A stretch of 62,873 nucleotides of DNA, filler included, from Nemertoderma westbladi (taxonomy: Eukaryota; Animalia; Xenacoelomorpha): the NCBI GenBank assembly GCA_032718475.1. It is 3 parts of 3 records of this genome, joined end to end, with 100 filler letters (N's around TTAATTAATTAA, not from the genome) between each part and the next. Parts side by side here need not be neighbours in the genome. Positions count along the whole stretch, not along the records: positions 15,882 to 41,226 come from JAUCBJ010006000.1; 2 more parts are not named here. The stretch is one strand, 5' to 3'. A program made the position numbers and the translations under genes. Numbering within the stretch: the stretch's first letter is position 1; the number at the start of each line of letters is the position of its first letter. Of the stretch, positions 27,843 through 40,865 are shown piece by piece. The notes under the pieces are model-generated. The model ran no database searches. It was not told where the DNA came from and saw only the letters and a program-made list of their open reading frames with translations.

Positions 27843-28638
27843 CCTACTACTACTACTACTAGGATCGGCATGCTGCATTGCAGCTGCATTTTTCAGAATG
27901 CTGTGCCGGCTTGTCGACAAAATTGCGCCGCCACAACTCCCTATCACCCATGACATTTGCTAGATCATCCGCATCTTCAAAGCCAGTGTCCTTTAAGATG
28001 CGTCATGGGCTGTCCACCATGCTTATTCACTCCATGAGGCTGCCAAAGTACAAGATTATGCACTGGCTGGTCCTCACGGCGAAAGCAATGTCCTGCAAAG
28101 CTGAGGCGATTTAGTTCTATTGTCATGCTTGGGAGAACCAATGAGACACCTCCGATGTTATATAGTGTCTGGTTGGACATGTGTGCATTGTACTTGACAC
28201 AATGAACCCGGCGTAGCATTCTTGTGAAAGTGCCATCCAGAGATTTGGTGTCCTCAGCAGTTAGAGCCCAGCATGGATTCCCATAGAGGAGTACTGGAAC
28301 TACTGCTGCTCTAAATAATCGGACCTTAAGTTTCCGATTAATTATCGGTGACTTCCAAATCCTGGAAAGCATATTCAAGGCTGCCCATGCCTTTCCCTTA
28401 CGTATTTGGAGGTCCTCACCTGACTTCCCGATCCATGATCCCAGGTAACAGAAGTCGTCCACATGCTCAAGCATACCATCCTTTGAGCTTATGCTCATCC
28501 GATCAGAGACTTGCTGAGGACTTTCAAAGTTAACTGTCAAAATTTTGGACTTTCTGGAGTTAATAAAAAGGCCACCACTAGAAGCAGCATGTTCTAATGA
28601 GCTGAGGAGCCGTTGGGCTCCCTCTAGTGATTCTGAGA
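27843..28638 (-). mobile_element. 5'-truncated RTE LINE, family 1, second copy
   Basis: Near-identical to 14045-14838, with a short internal deletion; (TAG)n tail at 27844-27861. Confidence 0.9.
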
Positions 28639-29260
28639 TCGCCAGAGATTCCGAGATTCTGCGATCTGATATACATTATGTTATGAATATTATGGTTTGA
28701 ATAAATATTATATATTTGTTACAGTATATTATACAGTTCCTATCTCATTCTGAATATCATTTCTCAAACGGGTTATCATTTCTCAAACCTTTTACTAATT
28801 GTATTTAATTAAATTTAGTCAACGGAAAATTTCGGAAGGTAAGAGTGTGGTAAGAGTTAAGAAATCAGAGCGACGCAGCAGTTCAAACTAACTCAAACTG
28901 AACACTGGCGCCACGGTTTTAGGTTGACCTCAAACAGGGCCATTCTCACCATTACTGTCAGTATCAGTAAGTGGGTAATTACTCTGGTTGTGTGAGACTC
29001 ACAGACACCGCATGGAAAGTAAGATACGGTGGCCCACAACGGCCACCGCTCCTCTTACACCCACACACACCAATACTACCAATACCGGCAAATCACTCAA
29101 AACACTAACGTGCTCATTTTCGCCCAAAATGGTAACTGTTCCAGCCGCATGCAAATCAACTATACACCTAACTAACAAATTATCTGGAAGGTCGCTAGAG
29201 TACATGGGTAGTAACGACTACACATATACCATAGACCTAACTTCATCATCTATTAATGTT

Positions 29261-32057
29261 GTTCTAACTGCAAACCCGAACAGTATTATTATACACCTAA
29301 CTGCATTGTCTATTGTTGTCTTTACTGCACTCTAAGTGATTAATACGACCAGACATTTCAGGACTTCTGTATGTTCTGGATCCTGATTTTTATTTGGATT
29401 TTCGATTAACGGAAACTTGTCAAAGTTTACTGTAGTTTACCGTATGAAACAGGGTTTTGAAAACTTCAGATCAGTTTATTATCGTTCTATTTATTGCAAG
29501 GGACCAGTGACATCACTACCCAACCCATGGTATAATATTTTTATAACTAGTAATAATTACATAGAAAACATATAGCCTCAACATATAACAAATATATTTC
29601 CCTCCCCATATTATCATTATTATTTATATGACTTAAATATTCCAAGGTATAGGGTAGATGGGTGGATAGTTGGTTGAACGGATAGGTAGTTTTGTTATTA
29701 TTTATCAGTTACTAGATTATCATATAATGGATCATTTTAGTAACAACAGTAACAGGTATGGACCAAAATAAAACATTTGAAAAAGACTCCTGGGAAATGC
29801 GAAGAGATCTTATGATAAGTCAAGTCCAATTGAATCAGTGCAATGACCATATTTCTTAGTGATGCAAATAATTCTTCATGTTTTTTATTATATTATATAT
29901 CTTGTATTTTATTCGTTTCCAGGATAAATTAGTTAGTTGTGGCTCCAATTCTTGGACTGCGTTAATTTCTTATTTCCCTGGCACTTTAGAAATATCCAAA
30001 TTTGTTTTGAAGCGTTGTTTTAATATTATAATTTCACTATTACCCCAGGTTCGTCGAACTGAAATTTCCTTGGAACGATTAACCTTTGTTTTTTTGGATG
30101 TTACTGTTTTGAAGTTTTTATTTTTTTTATTTTTTTTGTTTTTGTATTGACCAATAAATCATCATGGAAGAACATATCATCTGTTGCTTGAACCTCATCT
30201 AAGAGCGGGTCGACATTAGCCACAGGTTTTCTCTTTATACCCAATTGTGCAGATTTTTGAGAACGTGGTTGGACAGAACTGCTATCATCATTGCTTTCTT
30301 CACTACTTACATTAGCTTCATCCAAGCCATCATCTAAAACATCTTGCATCTTTCATCTTTCAGTTTCTTACCTTTACAATTTGAAAGCATTCCCTTTGAA
30401 AGAGCAAGCATTGGGATAGTTCCAGGACATTATCATGTAGTCGATAAACGTTCTGGTGAACTTCCCAGGAGTGACCTAGATGGCGACTTAGCCATTCTTT
30501 TTCATTCTCATCTAAATTGAGAAGTTGACAGGTCATTGCACAGTACTTCCAGATAGGAATCCTCCTAAGCAGTTCTGGGCGAGTACAGCCGAATGCAACA
30601 GAATACTTTGATAACATTTGAGAGCCTCTAATTGGTTTATTACCACATTAATTAAATACAAATTCATCTTCATCAAGATCATCGCACAGATACAATAAAA
30701 GTGTGTGGATATCTGGGGTTACAAGCAAAGGTACTGTGCGACGCCGTTTTCCTCCTATAGTTATTAGACCCATTCTCTTTATCAACTCCTTTTCCATTGC
30801 AGAAAGTTCTCTATGATTTCCTTAAATGTCAGTGCCTTAGGATCTCGTTGAAGACCCGCTAGGACTGTCTTGCAACGCATTCCTCCAGGTTCACTTGAAC
30901 GTTTATGATTAAAAAGTATAAGTTGAAGAAGCACAATCTCTTGAGTTTTTCTTCGATCTCTCATGGCAGGTTCGACTCTTATAATTGATTTCATTTCTTC
31001 ATTAACTTTGTTATGAATTAAAATGATGTCCTCTGTTAGGGGAATTTCTTTGACCTGGTTGAAGCGGTTCACTTGTAACTGATACAATGCCTTACGAGTT
31101 ACAGAGTAATGCCACTCAGTTGAATATAGCTTATTAAAGTCATTTCCTAGATCTTGCATTGCTTTGTCACCTGCCTTTATGGCTTCTGAAACGAGCAATT
31201 CCGATAGTATCTTTAGACTATGACCTATTTTTGGTTGTGTGTTCTTACTAAAGTCCAGTGTAGTGACATCTCTAACGCAATTGAAATTTCTTGGCTTAAT
31301 TAAATCAATGGCAGAACAATTTTTTATTTGGCCACTATCATGTATTTTTAGTATAAGCCTTCCTATTCAAAGAAGACATTGTCTAGCTGGACATATATTT
31401 TCATCATAATCCCTTCGGCGATATAACAAATATAAACCATATACTTTGAGAAGATTGTCCTCACGAATGATAGAAACAACTTTATCTTGTTTCATCGTAG
31501 CAATTAATTCCCGCAGCTCTTCAGAATCAACATCCTTCATGTCAATGGCTCTTGCTGTAACTAGAACGCCAGATGATGACACATTCTTTGGTTTAATATT
31601 ACATGTTTTTGCATGAACAGTTAATTGTCGAAATATTCCATAGCAGAAACAGCAAGTTTTACAGTCAGCCGGTACTGTAGATTGCAGTTTTGTATCCCTT
31701 TGGCGCATCATTAAGGTACCTGACTTAAACTCATTCACTTCCTGATTGTGACGATGATTTCCAAAATTGCGCAAATATCACACTAACTCTGTGCGTTCTT
31801 TGAAATGGAGTTCCTCAGATTCCGTCAAGTTATGACCCTTTAGAGATGTAATTTGAGCATCTAATTTTTCCAGTCGTATGACTTCCTATTTTTTAGAATT
31901 CATAGTCTTCAAATGGCGTACAAGGTTTGTTTGGCCCTCCATACAAGAAAGACAAGTTTGTCTCTTTACACCAGAATACTGACAGCCATCAACTTGAATA
32001 TTTGATTGTTCCTTAGAGACACCTTGATAATGGGCTGAGCTAGGATATAAATAATCG
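29261..32057 (-). mobile_element. Degenerate tyrosine-recombinase (Crypton-like) element; fragmented ORF ~29856-32050
   Basis: YR motifs LFNHKRSSE, GGKRRRTVPLLVTP, IWKYCAM (degenerate LRK), WLSRHLGHSWEVHQNVYRL; upstream Cys-rich CCFCYG; C-terminal RRTW...WKRIKYKIYN helical domain; multiple frameshifts. Confidence 0.75.
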
Positions 32058-32109
32058 GTTGAATATAGCTTATTAAAGTCATTTCCTAGATCTTGCATTG
32101 CTTTGTCAC

Positions 32110-32388
32110 CTGTCTCTGTCTCAGGGTAATGATAAAGAACTCTTCCTGGCTCAGGATAATGATAAAGAACGATCTCTGTCTCAGGATAATGATCAAGAAC
32201 TGTCTCAGGATAATGATAAACAGCTGTCTCTGTCTCAGGGTAATGATAAAGAACTCTCTCTTTCTCAGGATAATGATAAAGAACTGTCTCTGTCTCAGGA
32301 TAATGATAAAGAACTGTCACTGTCTCAGGATAATGATAAAGAACAGTCTCTGTCTCAGGATAATGATAATGGTAAAGAACTGTCTCTG
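32110..32388 (+). repeat. 30-bp minisatellite
   Basis: Unit gataatgataaagaactgtctctgtctcag. Confidence 0.9.
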
Positions 32389-33510
32389 TTCGCGCTTTTA
32401 GACCTTTAGCAGTTTAACCTGCCAATTTTAGTTGTCCTCTTGTTTATAAATCGACTTTAGCCTTTATCAATTACCTAGTGTACTGAAGTTACATCAGCCG
32501 AAGCCAGTCCGTGCGCGGCGTATGACCCACGGTGTGGGAGACTGGATTCGGATTCCTTGAGAGTTATTGCAGTGTAGACCTACTGTATTATTCGATTGAT
32601 CGCTACTATATAATCTCTGACAAATATATTTACTTTCGGGGAAATATTAACAGTTCCTTTAGGACGTGGCGCTTTAAGTATAAAAACAGAGTTATGACTT
32701 ATACTAATCACAACTAGATGGCCACAGAGTTTCGTAAATAGCGCATTCTTTAGGAGATGCTTTATTAACCTTCACACTACTTCACACGACTTCACACTAC
32801 TTCACACTAATCTGCCGACCGTCACTGAATTTGATCATATATAAGGAGGATCACAACTGATACACGTAGGGATTATGAAATATCATTTAATTCACACAAA
32901 ACCACTATAATTTAAGTCGCAGTTGCTACAGGTAACCCTGTTCCTCTTACCTCAGTAATCAATAAGATTGGGGGGTTTATGATTATTTATCGGTATTCTG
33001 CAAATATAACATCAACATCCATTAATATAACAACAATTAATACTATAAACAGAAGTAAAATAATGCGGTGAGCAGTCAGTATGTGTCATCAGATAATAGT
33101 AAAGTAAATGTTCAATGTGAAATTAATATGATTAAGGTGATTAAGAAATGTTAATAGATCTACGTTCTTATAATCAAGGCCATCTGATGTTCCTAGGCCA
33201 AAGTCTGAAACTTCCACACAGAAGCACAGAAAATTCTGATTTGGTTCTGATGCTCAGAAAATAGTAAACAAAGACCGTAATGCATTGCGCGAGTTTCTAT
33301 AGGTTTCTATTAGCCGTAAAGTGAAAATTGCTCTGATTGGCTGAATAAGACAGAACAAAGAACTTCCTCGTCCACAAAGAATCAGCTGACAGATTTCGTC
33401 ATCTTGGTTCTAATTCCTTCCCGTTGCGTAGTTGGACAAATTTAGGGCTATTTTAGAGTATTCTGCGCATTGCGTAAAAATGACTTGTTATGTCCGCAAA
33501 AGCCTTTACA
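32387..33510 (-). mobile_element. Long LTR, diverged copy C; 3' LTR preceded by a PPT
   Basis: Homologous to ~886-2148. On the minus strand CTGGGAGCGG directly precedes TGTAAAGGC. Confidence 0.6.
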
Positions 33511-33536
33511 CCGCTCCCAGAAAATGAAATTTAAGT

Positions 33537-35462
33537 CTATAAAATATAAAAAATCACAGTTTCTAAAATACAAAAATACTCTAAACTATTAGTCCTTCTT
33601 TCGTGAACGGCGTTTACAAAGTTTTTTGAGGCTAGTAAGAGTCCTTTTCTCTTTGGGGCGAGCCACTTTACTAGGAGGGCTATAACTCCTGGGTGAGGGG
33701 TGCAATACAATTGCATCGGAAGGTTTCGGATTACGGTCGGTTTATCCGCCGGTCGAGGTACCAACCTCGAAGGTTGATCGATATCAACCTCAGTGGAACG
33801 AGGTTGAACAACCTTTAGAGCGCGTTTCAGGACAGCAGCTCTTACTGGTCCCTGTTGGGTCGTTTGCACGAGAGTAGTAGGTTGACCGTGAGTAGTGAGA
33901 AATTTCCTCGGTTTGATGGTTCTTTCCAACTCGCATTCTCTGGCTCTATATTCATATGGTCGTCTATGAACTTCTTGTAGCTCTGGATGCGAGTTTATGA
34001 ACAAGTTACCATATTCCGGATCTATCAATGGTAGAAATTTTAAACTATGCATAGGATCTTCCGGTTTCACCATATAATATTGAGTTAAATTGACATAATA
34101 GGGGTGGTCTTTGATCCCATAAAATGAGTTCAGTAAAGGTCTAGCGCGTAGGTTGACCTCGTGTACCATACGACGGACAAGATCCGCTCGATTGTCCGGA
34201 GGTTCAACGAGTATACCATCGACACGAGCGGCCTCGATTGGCGGACGTTGTAACATAGGAGCGTCAGCGATAAGATCTCTAGATCTTAAGTTGATATCAA
34301 CCGGTTGGGTTTGTACCATGGCGAAAAGTTTGTCTCTGAAATGGGGAACCATCGAAGGATGAATGATGATTTTGGAATAGAGATCAGTCATAAGGATTTG
34401 AGCTTCTGGTTGGGGTAAAGCTGCTTCTTCTCTCTCATCCATTTCTATGTGCTTCTCCTAGAGCTGATTTTCCTCCGATTGTCATTGGAAGCGTTCGTCT
34501 AAAAACTCTTGTAGAGAGTAGGTTCGTCCAAGTTCGATATCTTCTACGAGATTCTGGATTTCCCGATCGAACTGGGGTAAAGCTAATTCTTTTACCGCTT
34601 GGACTTGTTGTTGCAATTTACGTTTGTCTAGACAATCGTAGGTTCCTTTTCCGATCTTTTGTCGAATAGCGTCTAATGCGTTTCGTACAACGCTCTCCTC
34701 CACCTCAGTGACAGGTTGTATCGGGGTTAAACTGGGACGATTATACGGATTGAACGGTGATATTAGATGTCCGCGTCCCAATCCGGCTAGGTAGGATGGG
34801 CGAATATCTAGGGAGCCCACAACCGGAGTGCCACCGACTAATTGTTCGGGTAACACTAGATCTTTGAACAATGAATACAGTTCAGGGGGATCCATCATAC
34901 TACTAGGATCAAGAGTCTGAGGTCTCACCAGGGAATGAGGAGGTCTGACCGAGTATTCCGGAACTCTGATCATGGGTTTATTTAAGGATTGTTTGAGTCG
35001 AGCGAGCGTGGGTGATACGTCGAACAAGTTTCGCTCGAAACTCCCGTAAGTATAGCGAGTAAAACTGTGTTTAGCGCAACGTCTCCGCGGATGTTTATGT
35101 CTTTCCGTTTGTTGGTTGGGTCTAGGGCATTCATCGCAATAATGCCAAAGATGCACATCTTGTAGGGGAAACGCGGGTGATCTTTCTCCAGATTTACAAT
35201 ATTCCTACATCTGTTCGAAGCTATCCGGTACAACAGGTAGTATCATCATAGTGAAATAGAGTCATTTGAGTTCTATCATAGGGTTATGATGTATACCTTT
35301 AGGATATCGAGTTTCTAGATTTTGTTGACTGTCTACATTGAGATATGTTTCTCTCAAGAATTCCAAATATTCGTTGAAGTCACTGCGTTTATCCGGCTCT
35401 TCAACGTCTTCTCTTTTGAGTCGGTTTCAAATAGAATTTTCATGTTCGATTCTCAGCTTATC
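33537..35462 (-). pseudogene. Orphan ORF of >=640 codons adjacent to the PPT/3' LTR, broken by in-frame stops
   Basis: Track ORFs 33537-34442 and 34482-35156 and the upstream sequence to ~35460 are in one frame, separated only by TGA/TAG codons; no RT, RH or IN motifs seen. Confidence 0.55.
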
Positions 35463-36323
35463 GAAATTTCAGTTCGACGAACCTGGAGTAATAGTGAAAT
35501 TATAATATTAAAACAACGCTTCAAAACAAATTTGGATATTTCTAAAGTGCCAGTGAAAAAAGAAATTAACGCAGTCCAAGAATTGGAGCCACAACTAACT
35601 AATTTATCCTGGAAACTAATAAAATACAAGATATATAATATAATAAAAAACATGAATAATTATTTGCATCACTAAGAAATATGGTCATTGCACTGATTCA
35701 ATTGGACTTGACTTATCATAAGATCTCTTCGCATTTCCCAGGAGTCTTTTTCAAATGTTTTATTTTGGTCCATACCTGTTACTGTTGTTACTAAAATGAT
35801 CCATTATATGATAATCTAGTAACTGATAAATAATAACGAAACTACCTATCCGTTCAACCAACTATCCACCCATCTACCATATACCTTGGAATATTTAACT
35901 CATAAATAATAATGATAATATGGGGAGGGAAATATATTTGTTATATGTTGAGGCTATAAAATATGTTCGGGTTTTCTATGTAATTATTACTAGTTATAAA
36001 CATATTATACCATGGGTTGGGTAGTGATGTCACTGGTCCCTTGCAATAAATAGAACGATAATAAACTGATCTGAAGTTTTCAAAACCCTGTTTCATACGG
36101 TAAACTACAGTAAACTTTGACAAGTTTCTGTTAATCGAAAATCCAAATAAAAATCAGGATCCAGAACATACAGAAGTCCTGAAATGTCTGGTCGTATTAA
36201 TCACTTAGAGTGCAGTAAAGACAACAATAGACAATGCAGTTAGGTGTATAATAATATTGTTCGGGTTTGCAGTTAGCACAAAATAAATAGACCACGCAGT
36301 TAGGTGTATAATAATACTGTTCG
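35463..36323 (+). mobile_element. Second copy of the YR element 3' end and flank (inverted relative to 29261-30068)
   Basis: Near-identical reverse complement; encodes RRTWSNSEIIILKQRF...WKLIKYKIYNIIKN. Confidence 0.85.
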
Positions 36324-36720
36324 ATGATAAAGAACTGTCTCTGTCTCAGGATAATGATAAAGAACAGTCTCTGTCTCAGGATAATGATAAAGAACTGTCT
36401 CTGTCTCAGGATAATGATAAAGAACTGTCTCTGTCTCAGGGTAATGATAAAGAACTCTCTATGTCTCAGGATAATGATAAAGAACTGTCTCTGTCTCAGG
36501 ATAATGATAAAGAACTGTCTCTGTCTCAGGATAATGATAAAAGAACTGTCTATGTCTCAGGATAATGATAAAGAACAGTCTCTGTCTCAGGATAGTGATA
36601 AAGAACTGTCTCTGTCTCAGGGTAATGATAAAGAACTCTCCCTGGCTCAGGATAATGATAAAGAACGATCTCTGTCTCAGGATCAAGAACTGTCTCAGGA
36701 TAATGATAAACAGCTGTCTA
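36324..36720 (+). repeat. 30-bp minisatellite, forward array
   Basis: gataatgataaagaactgtctctgtctcag units. Confidence 0.95.
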
Positions 36721-36765
36721 TACAATACAATACAGATTGTGCCTTCAATGCTTATCTCTGGTTCG

Positions 36766-38502
36766 TTATCCTGAGACAGAGACAGTTCTTTCTCATTATC
36801 CTGAGACAGAGACTGTTCTTTATCATTATCCTGAGACAGAGACAGTTATTTATCATTATCCTGAGACAGAGACAGTTCTTTCTCATTATCCTGAGACAGA
36901 GACTGTTCTTTATCATTATCCTGAGACAGAGACAGTTCTTTATCATTATCCTGAGAAAGAGAGAGTTCTTTATCATTATCCTGAGAAATAGATAGTTCTT
37001 TATCATTACCCTGAGACAGAGACAGCTGTTTATCATTTTCCTGAGACAGTTCTTGATCATTATCCTGAGACAGAGATAGTTCTTTATCATTATCCTGAGC
37101 CAGAGAGAGTTCTTTATCATTACCCTGAGACAGAGACAGTTCTTTATCATTACCCTTAGACAGAGACAGCTGTTTATCATTTTCCTGAGACAGTTCTTGA
37201 TCATTACCCTGAGACAGAGACAGTTCTTTGTCATTATCCTGAGACATAGAGAGTTCTTTATCATTACCCTGAGACAGAGACAGTTCTTTATCATTATCCT
37301 GAGACAGAGACAGTTGTTTATTATTACTCTGAGACAGAGACAGTTCTTTATCATTACTCTGAGACAGAGACAGCTGTTTATCATTTTCCTGAGACAGTTC
37401 TTGATCATTACCCTGAGACAGAGACAGTTCTTTGTCATTATCCTGAGACATAGAGAGTTCTTTATCATTACCCTGAGACAGAGACAGTTCTTTATCATTA
37501 TCCTGAGACAGAGACAGTTGTTTATTATTACTCTGAGACAGAGACAGTTCTTTATCATTACTCTGAGACAGAGACAGCTGTTTATCATTTTCCTGAGACA
37601 GTTCTTGATCATTACCCTGAGACAGAGACAGTTCTTTGTCATTATCCTGAGACATAGATAGTTCTTTATCATTACCCTGAGACAGAGACAGCTGTTTATC
37701 ATTTTCCTGAGACAGTTCTTGATCATTACCCTGAGACAGAGACAGTTCTTTGTCATTATCCTGAGACATAGAGAGTTCTTTATCATTACCCTGAGACAGA
37801 GACAGTTCTTTATCATTATCCTGAGACAGAGACAGTTGTTTATTATTACTCTGAGACAGAGACAGTTCTTTATCATTACTCTGAGACAGAGACAGTGCTT
37901 TATCATTAACCTGATACAGAGACAGTTCTTTACCATTATCATTATCCTGAGACAGAGACTGTTCTTTATCATTATCCTGAGACAGAGACAGTTCTTGATC
38001 ATTATCATGAGACAGAGAGTGTTCTTTATCATTACCCTGAGACAGAGACAGTTCTTTATCATTATCCTGAGACAGAGACTGTTCTTTATCATTATCCTGA
38101 GACCAGAGACAATTCTTTATCATTATCCTGAGAAAGAGAGAGTTCTTTATCATTACCCTGAGACAGAGACAGCTGTTTATCATTATCCTGAGACAGTTCT
38201 TGATCATTATCCTGAGACAGAGATCGTTCTTTATCATTATCCTGAGCCAGGGAGAGTTCTTTATCATTACCCTGAGACAGAGACAGTTCTTTATCATTAC
38301 CCTTAGACAGAGACAGCTGTTTATCATTATCCTGAGACATAGAGAGTTCTTTATCATTACCCTTAGACAGAGACAGCTGTTTATCATTATCCTGAGACAG
38401 TTCTTAATCATTATTCTGAGACAGAGACTGTTCTTTATCATTATCCTGAGACAGAGACAGTTCTTTATCATTATCCTAAGACAGAGACAGTTCTTTATCA
38501 TT
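36766..38502 (-). repeat. 30-bp minisatellite, reverse array (with 24-bp variant units and higher-order blocks)
   Basis: ttatcctgagacagagacagttctttatca units. Confidence 0.95.
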
Positions 38503-40413
38503 CACAGTGGGGCTTAACTTGGTTTTTGGCAAAGGTTGGACCCCGTTCATGTAAACAAGTTTTTTGAGCTTAATTGGTCACCTAATGTAAAAATTGACAA
38601 AAATTAAAATATTTCATGGGTGGCTTTTTAAATTAATACTATTTAAGTAATTATTTAATACTAATCATATTACTAAATTTCAACACTTACTCCCCCAAAC
38701 ATATTGACAGGTTTATTTTGCTCCATTGGTGTCACATTGTTCACAAAATAAAAAAATTTAAAATTTCATGGGTGGCTTTTATTATAAATGCTATTTAATT
38801 ATTTATTTAATACTAAATATTATTACCTTTAACAAAGGATGTCACCCCATTCCTGAAAACAAGTTTTTTTGCTCTAATCATGTCTCGATGAATAAAATAT
38901 AAAAAATTAGAAAGTTTCATGGGTGGCTTTTAATATAAATTATATTTAATTATTTATTTAATACTAAATATTATTACCTTTAACAAAGGATGTTTGTTAC
39001 TCTATCCCATTCATGAAAACAAGTTTTTTTTGGCTCCAAGCATGTCTTAATGAATATAATATAAAAAATTAGAAAGTTTCATTGGTGATTTTTATACTCC
39101 ATTAAAAACCAAAAATAGTTTATGAATTTAAAGTTTTGAATTATATTCCTTAACTGCTCGAAGTAGCTCATTTGCGTATCTTGGATGACTTTCTAAAACT
39201 TGATACTTCGAACAAGTTTTTTTAAGAAATTATTGCTTGTTCAGAAAATTAACCCAAACTAGAATGATGTGGCATTTGATGATGGCATCTGATGTTCTAC
39301 TAATATATGGTTGGTTCGGTTGGTTTGATTGGTAAGATAAATAAACAATTATATAGAGAGATTACACATTGTGTCTTATTACCTACAACTACTCAGTACA
39401 GTTGTAGGTAAGACACAATGATTATTGATACAATGTTACCAGTTGAGGAATTATTAATAAAAAAAGTAAATAAATACGTAGATTATAGATAAAATGTTTG
39501 AAAATATGGGATATTTTATGATGAAGATTGTGGACTGGTCCATATCTTACAACTGCTGATCTACGCCAGTCCTTCATTGTATAAACAATGAGCTTATATA
39601 CTGTTTATATAAGTAATAATACAGTATTTAGTATTAATTGAATAATAAAATAGTTGTAATATTAAAAGCCACCCAGGAAACTTTCTAATTTTGTATATTT
39701 TATTCATCAAGGCATGCTTGAAGCCAAAAAACTAGTTTTCGTGAATGGAAAAGAGTACCAATCATCCTTTGTTAAATGTAATAATATTTTGCATTAAATA
39801 AATAATTAAATAGCATTTATATTAAAACCCACCCATGAAACTTTCTAATTTTTTATATTTTATTCATTAAGACATGCTTGGAGCCAAACAAACTTGTTTT
39901 CATGTATGGGATGGGGTAACAAACATCCTTAGCTAAAGGTAATAATATTTAGTATTAAATAAATAATTAAATAGCATTTATATTAAAAGCCACCCATGAA
40001 ACTTTCTAATTTTTTATATTTTATTCATCGAGACATGATTAGAGCAAAAAAAACTTGTTTTCAGGAATGGGGTAACATCCTTTGTTAAAGGTAATAATAT
40101 TTAGTATTAAATAAATAATTAAATAGCATTATATTAAAAGCCACCCATGAAATTTAAAATTTTTTTATTTTTTGTACTATGTGACACCAATAGAGCAAAA
40201 CAAACCTGTCAATATGTTTGGGGGAGTAAGTGTTGAAATTTAGTAATATGATTAGTATTAAATAATTACTTAAATAGTATTAATATAAAAAGCCACCCAT
40301 GAAATATTTTAATTTTTGTCAATTTTTACATCAGGGGACCAACTAAGCTCAAAAAACTTATTTTCATGAACGGGGTCCAACCTTTGCCAAAAACCAAGTT
40401 AAGCCCCACTGTG
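38503..40413. mobile_element. Non-autonomous foldback DNA transposon with CACAGTG termini (CMC/Chapaev3- or Transib-like)
   Basis: Long TIRs (~600 bp) starting cacagtggggcttaacttggtttttggcaaaggttggacccc; tttcatgggtggctttt subrepeats; ATT duplicated at 38500-38502 and 40414-40416. Confidence 0.8.
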
Positions 40414-40865
40414 ATTATCCTGAGACAGAGACAGTTCTTTATCATTATCCTGAGACATAGAGAGTTCTTTATCATTATCACTATCCTGAGACAGAGACTG
40501 TTCTTTATCATTATCCTGAGACAGAGACAGTTCTTTATCATTATCCTGAGACAGAGACAGTTCTTTATCATTATCCTGAGACATAGAGAGTTCTTTATCA
40601 TTACCCTTAGACAGAGACAGCTGTTTATCATTATCCTGAGACAGTTCTTAATCATTATTCTGAGACAGAGACTGTTCTTTATCATTATCCTGAGACAGAG
40701 ACAGTTCTTTATCATTATCCTGAGACATAGAGAGTTCTTTATCATTACCCTGAGACAGAGACAGTTCTTTATCATTATCCTGAGACAGAGACAGTTCTTT
40801 ATCATTATCCTGAGACAGAGACTGTTCTTTATCATTATCCTGAGACAGAGACAGTTCTTTATCAT
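40414..40865 (-). repeat. 30-bp minisatellite, continuation of the reverse array
   Basis: Same unit, resuming after the ATT duplication. Confidence 0.95.

Noticed and set aside
28679-29335. Possible LTR plus PBS (…GAACA-C-TGGCGCC) and a 115-aa ORF
   Set aside because: No second LTR or gag motif is visible, so the evidence is too weak.
38503-38530. True V(D)J recombination signal or RAG transposon
   Set aside because: The spacer is 11 nt, the nonamer-like motif is reversed, both ends are symmetric, the TSD is 3 bp, and no RAG-like ORF is present.
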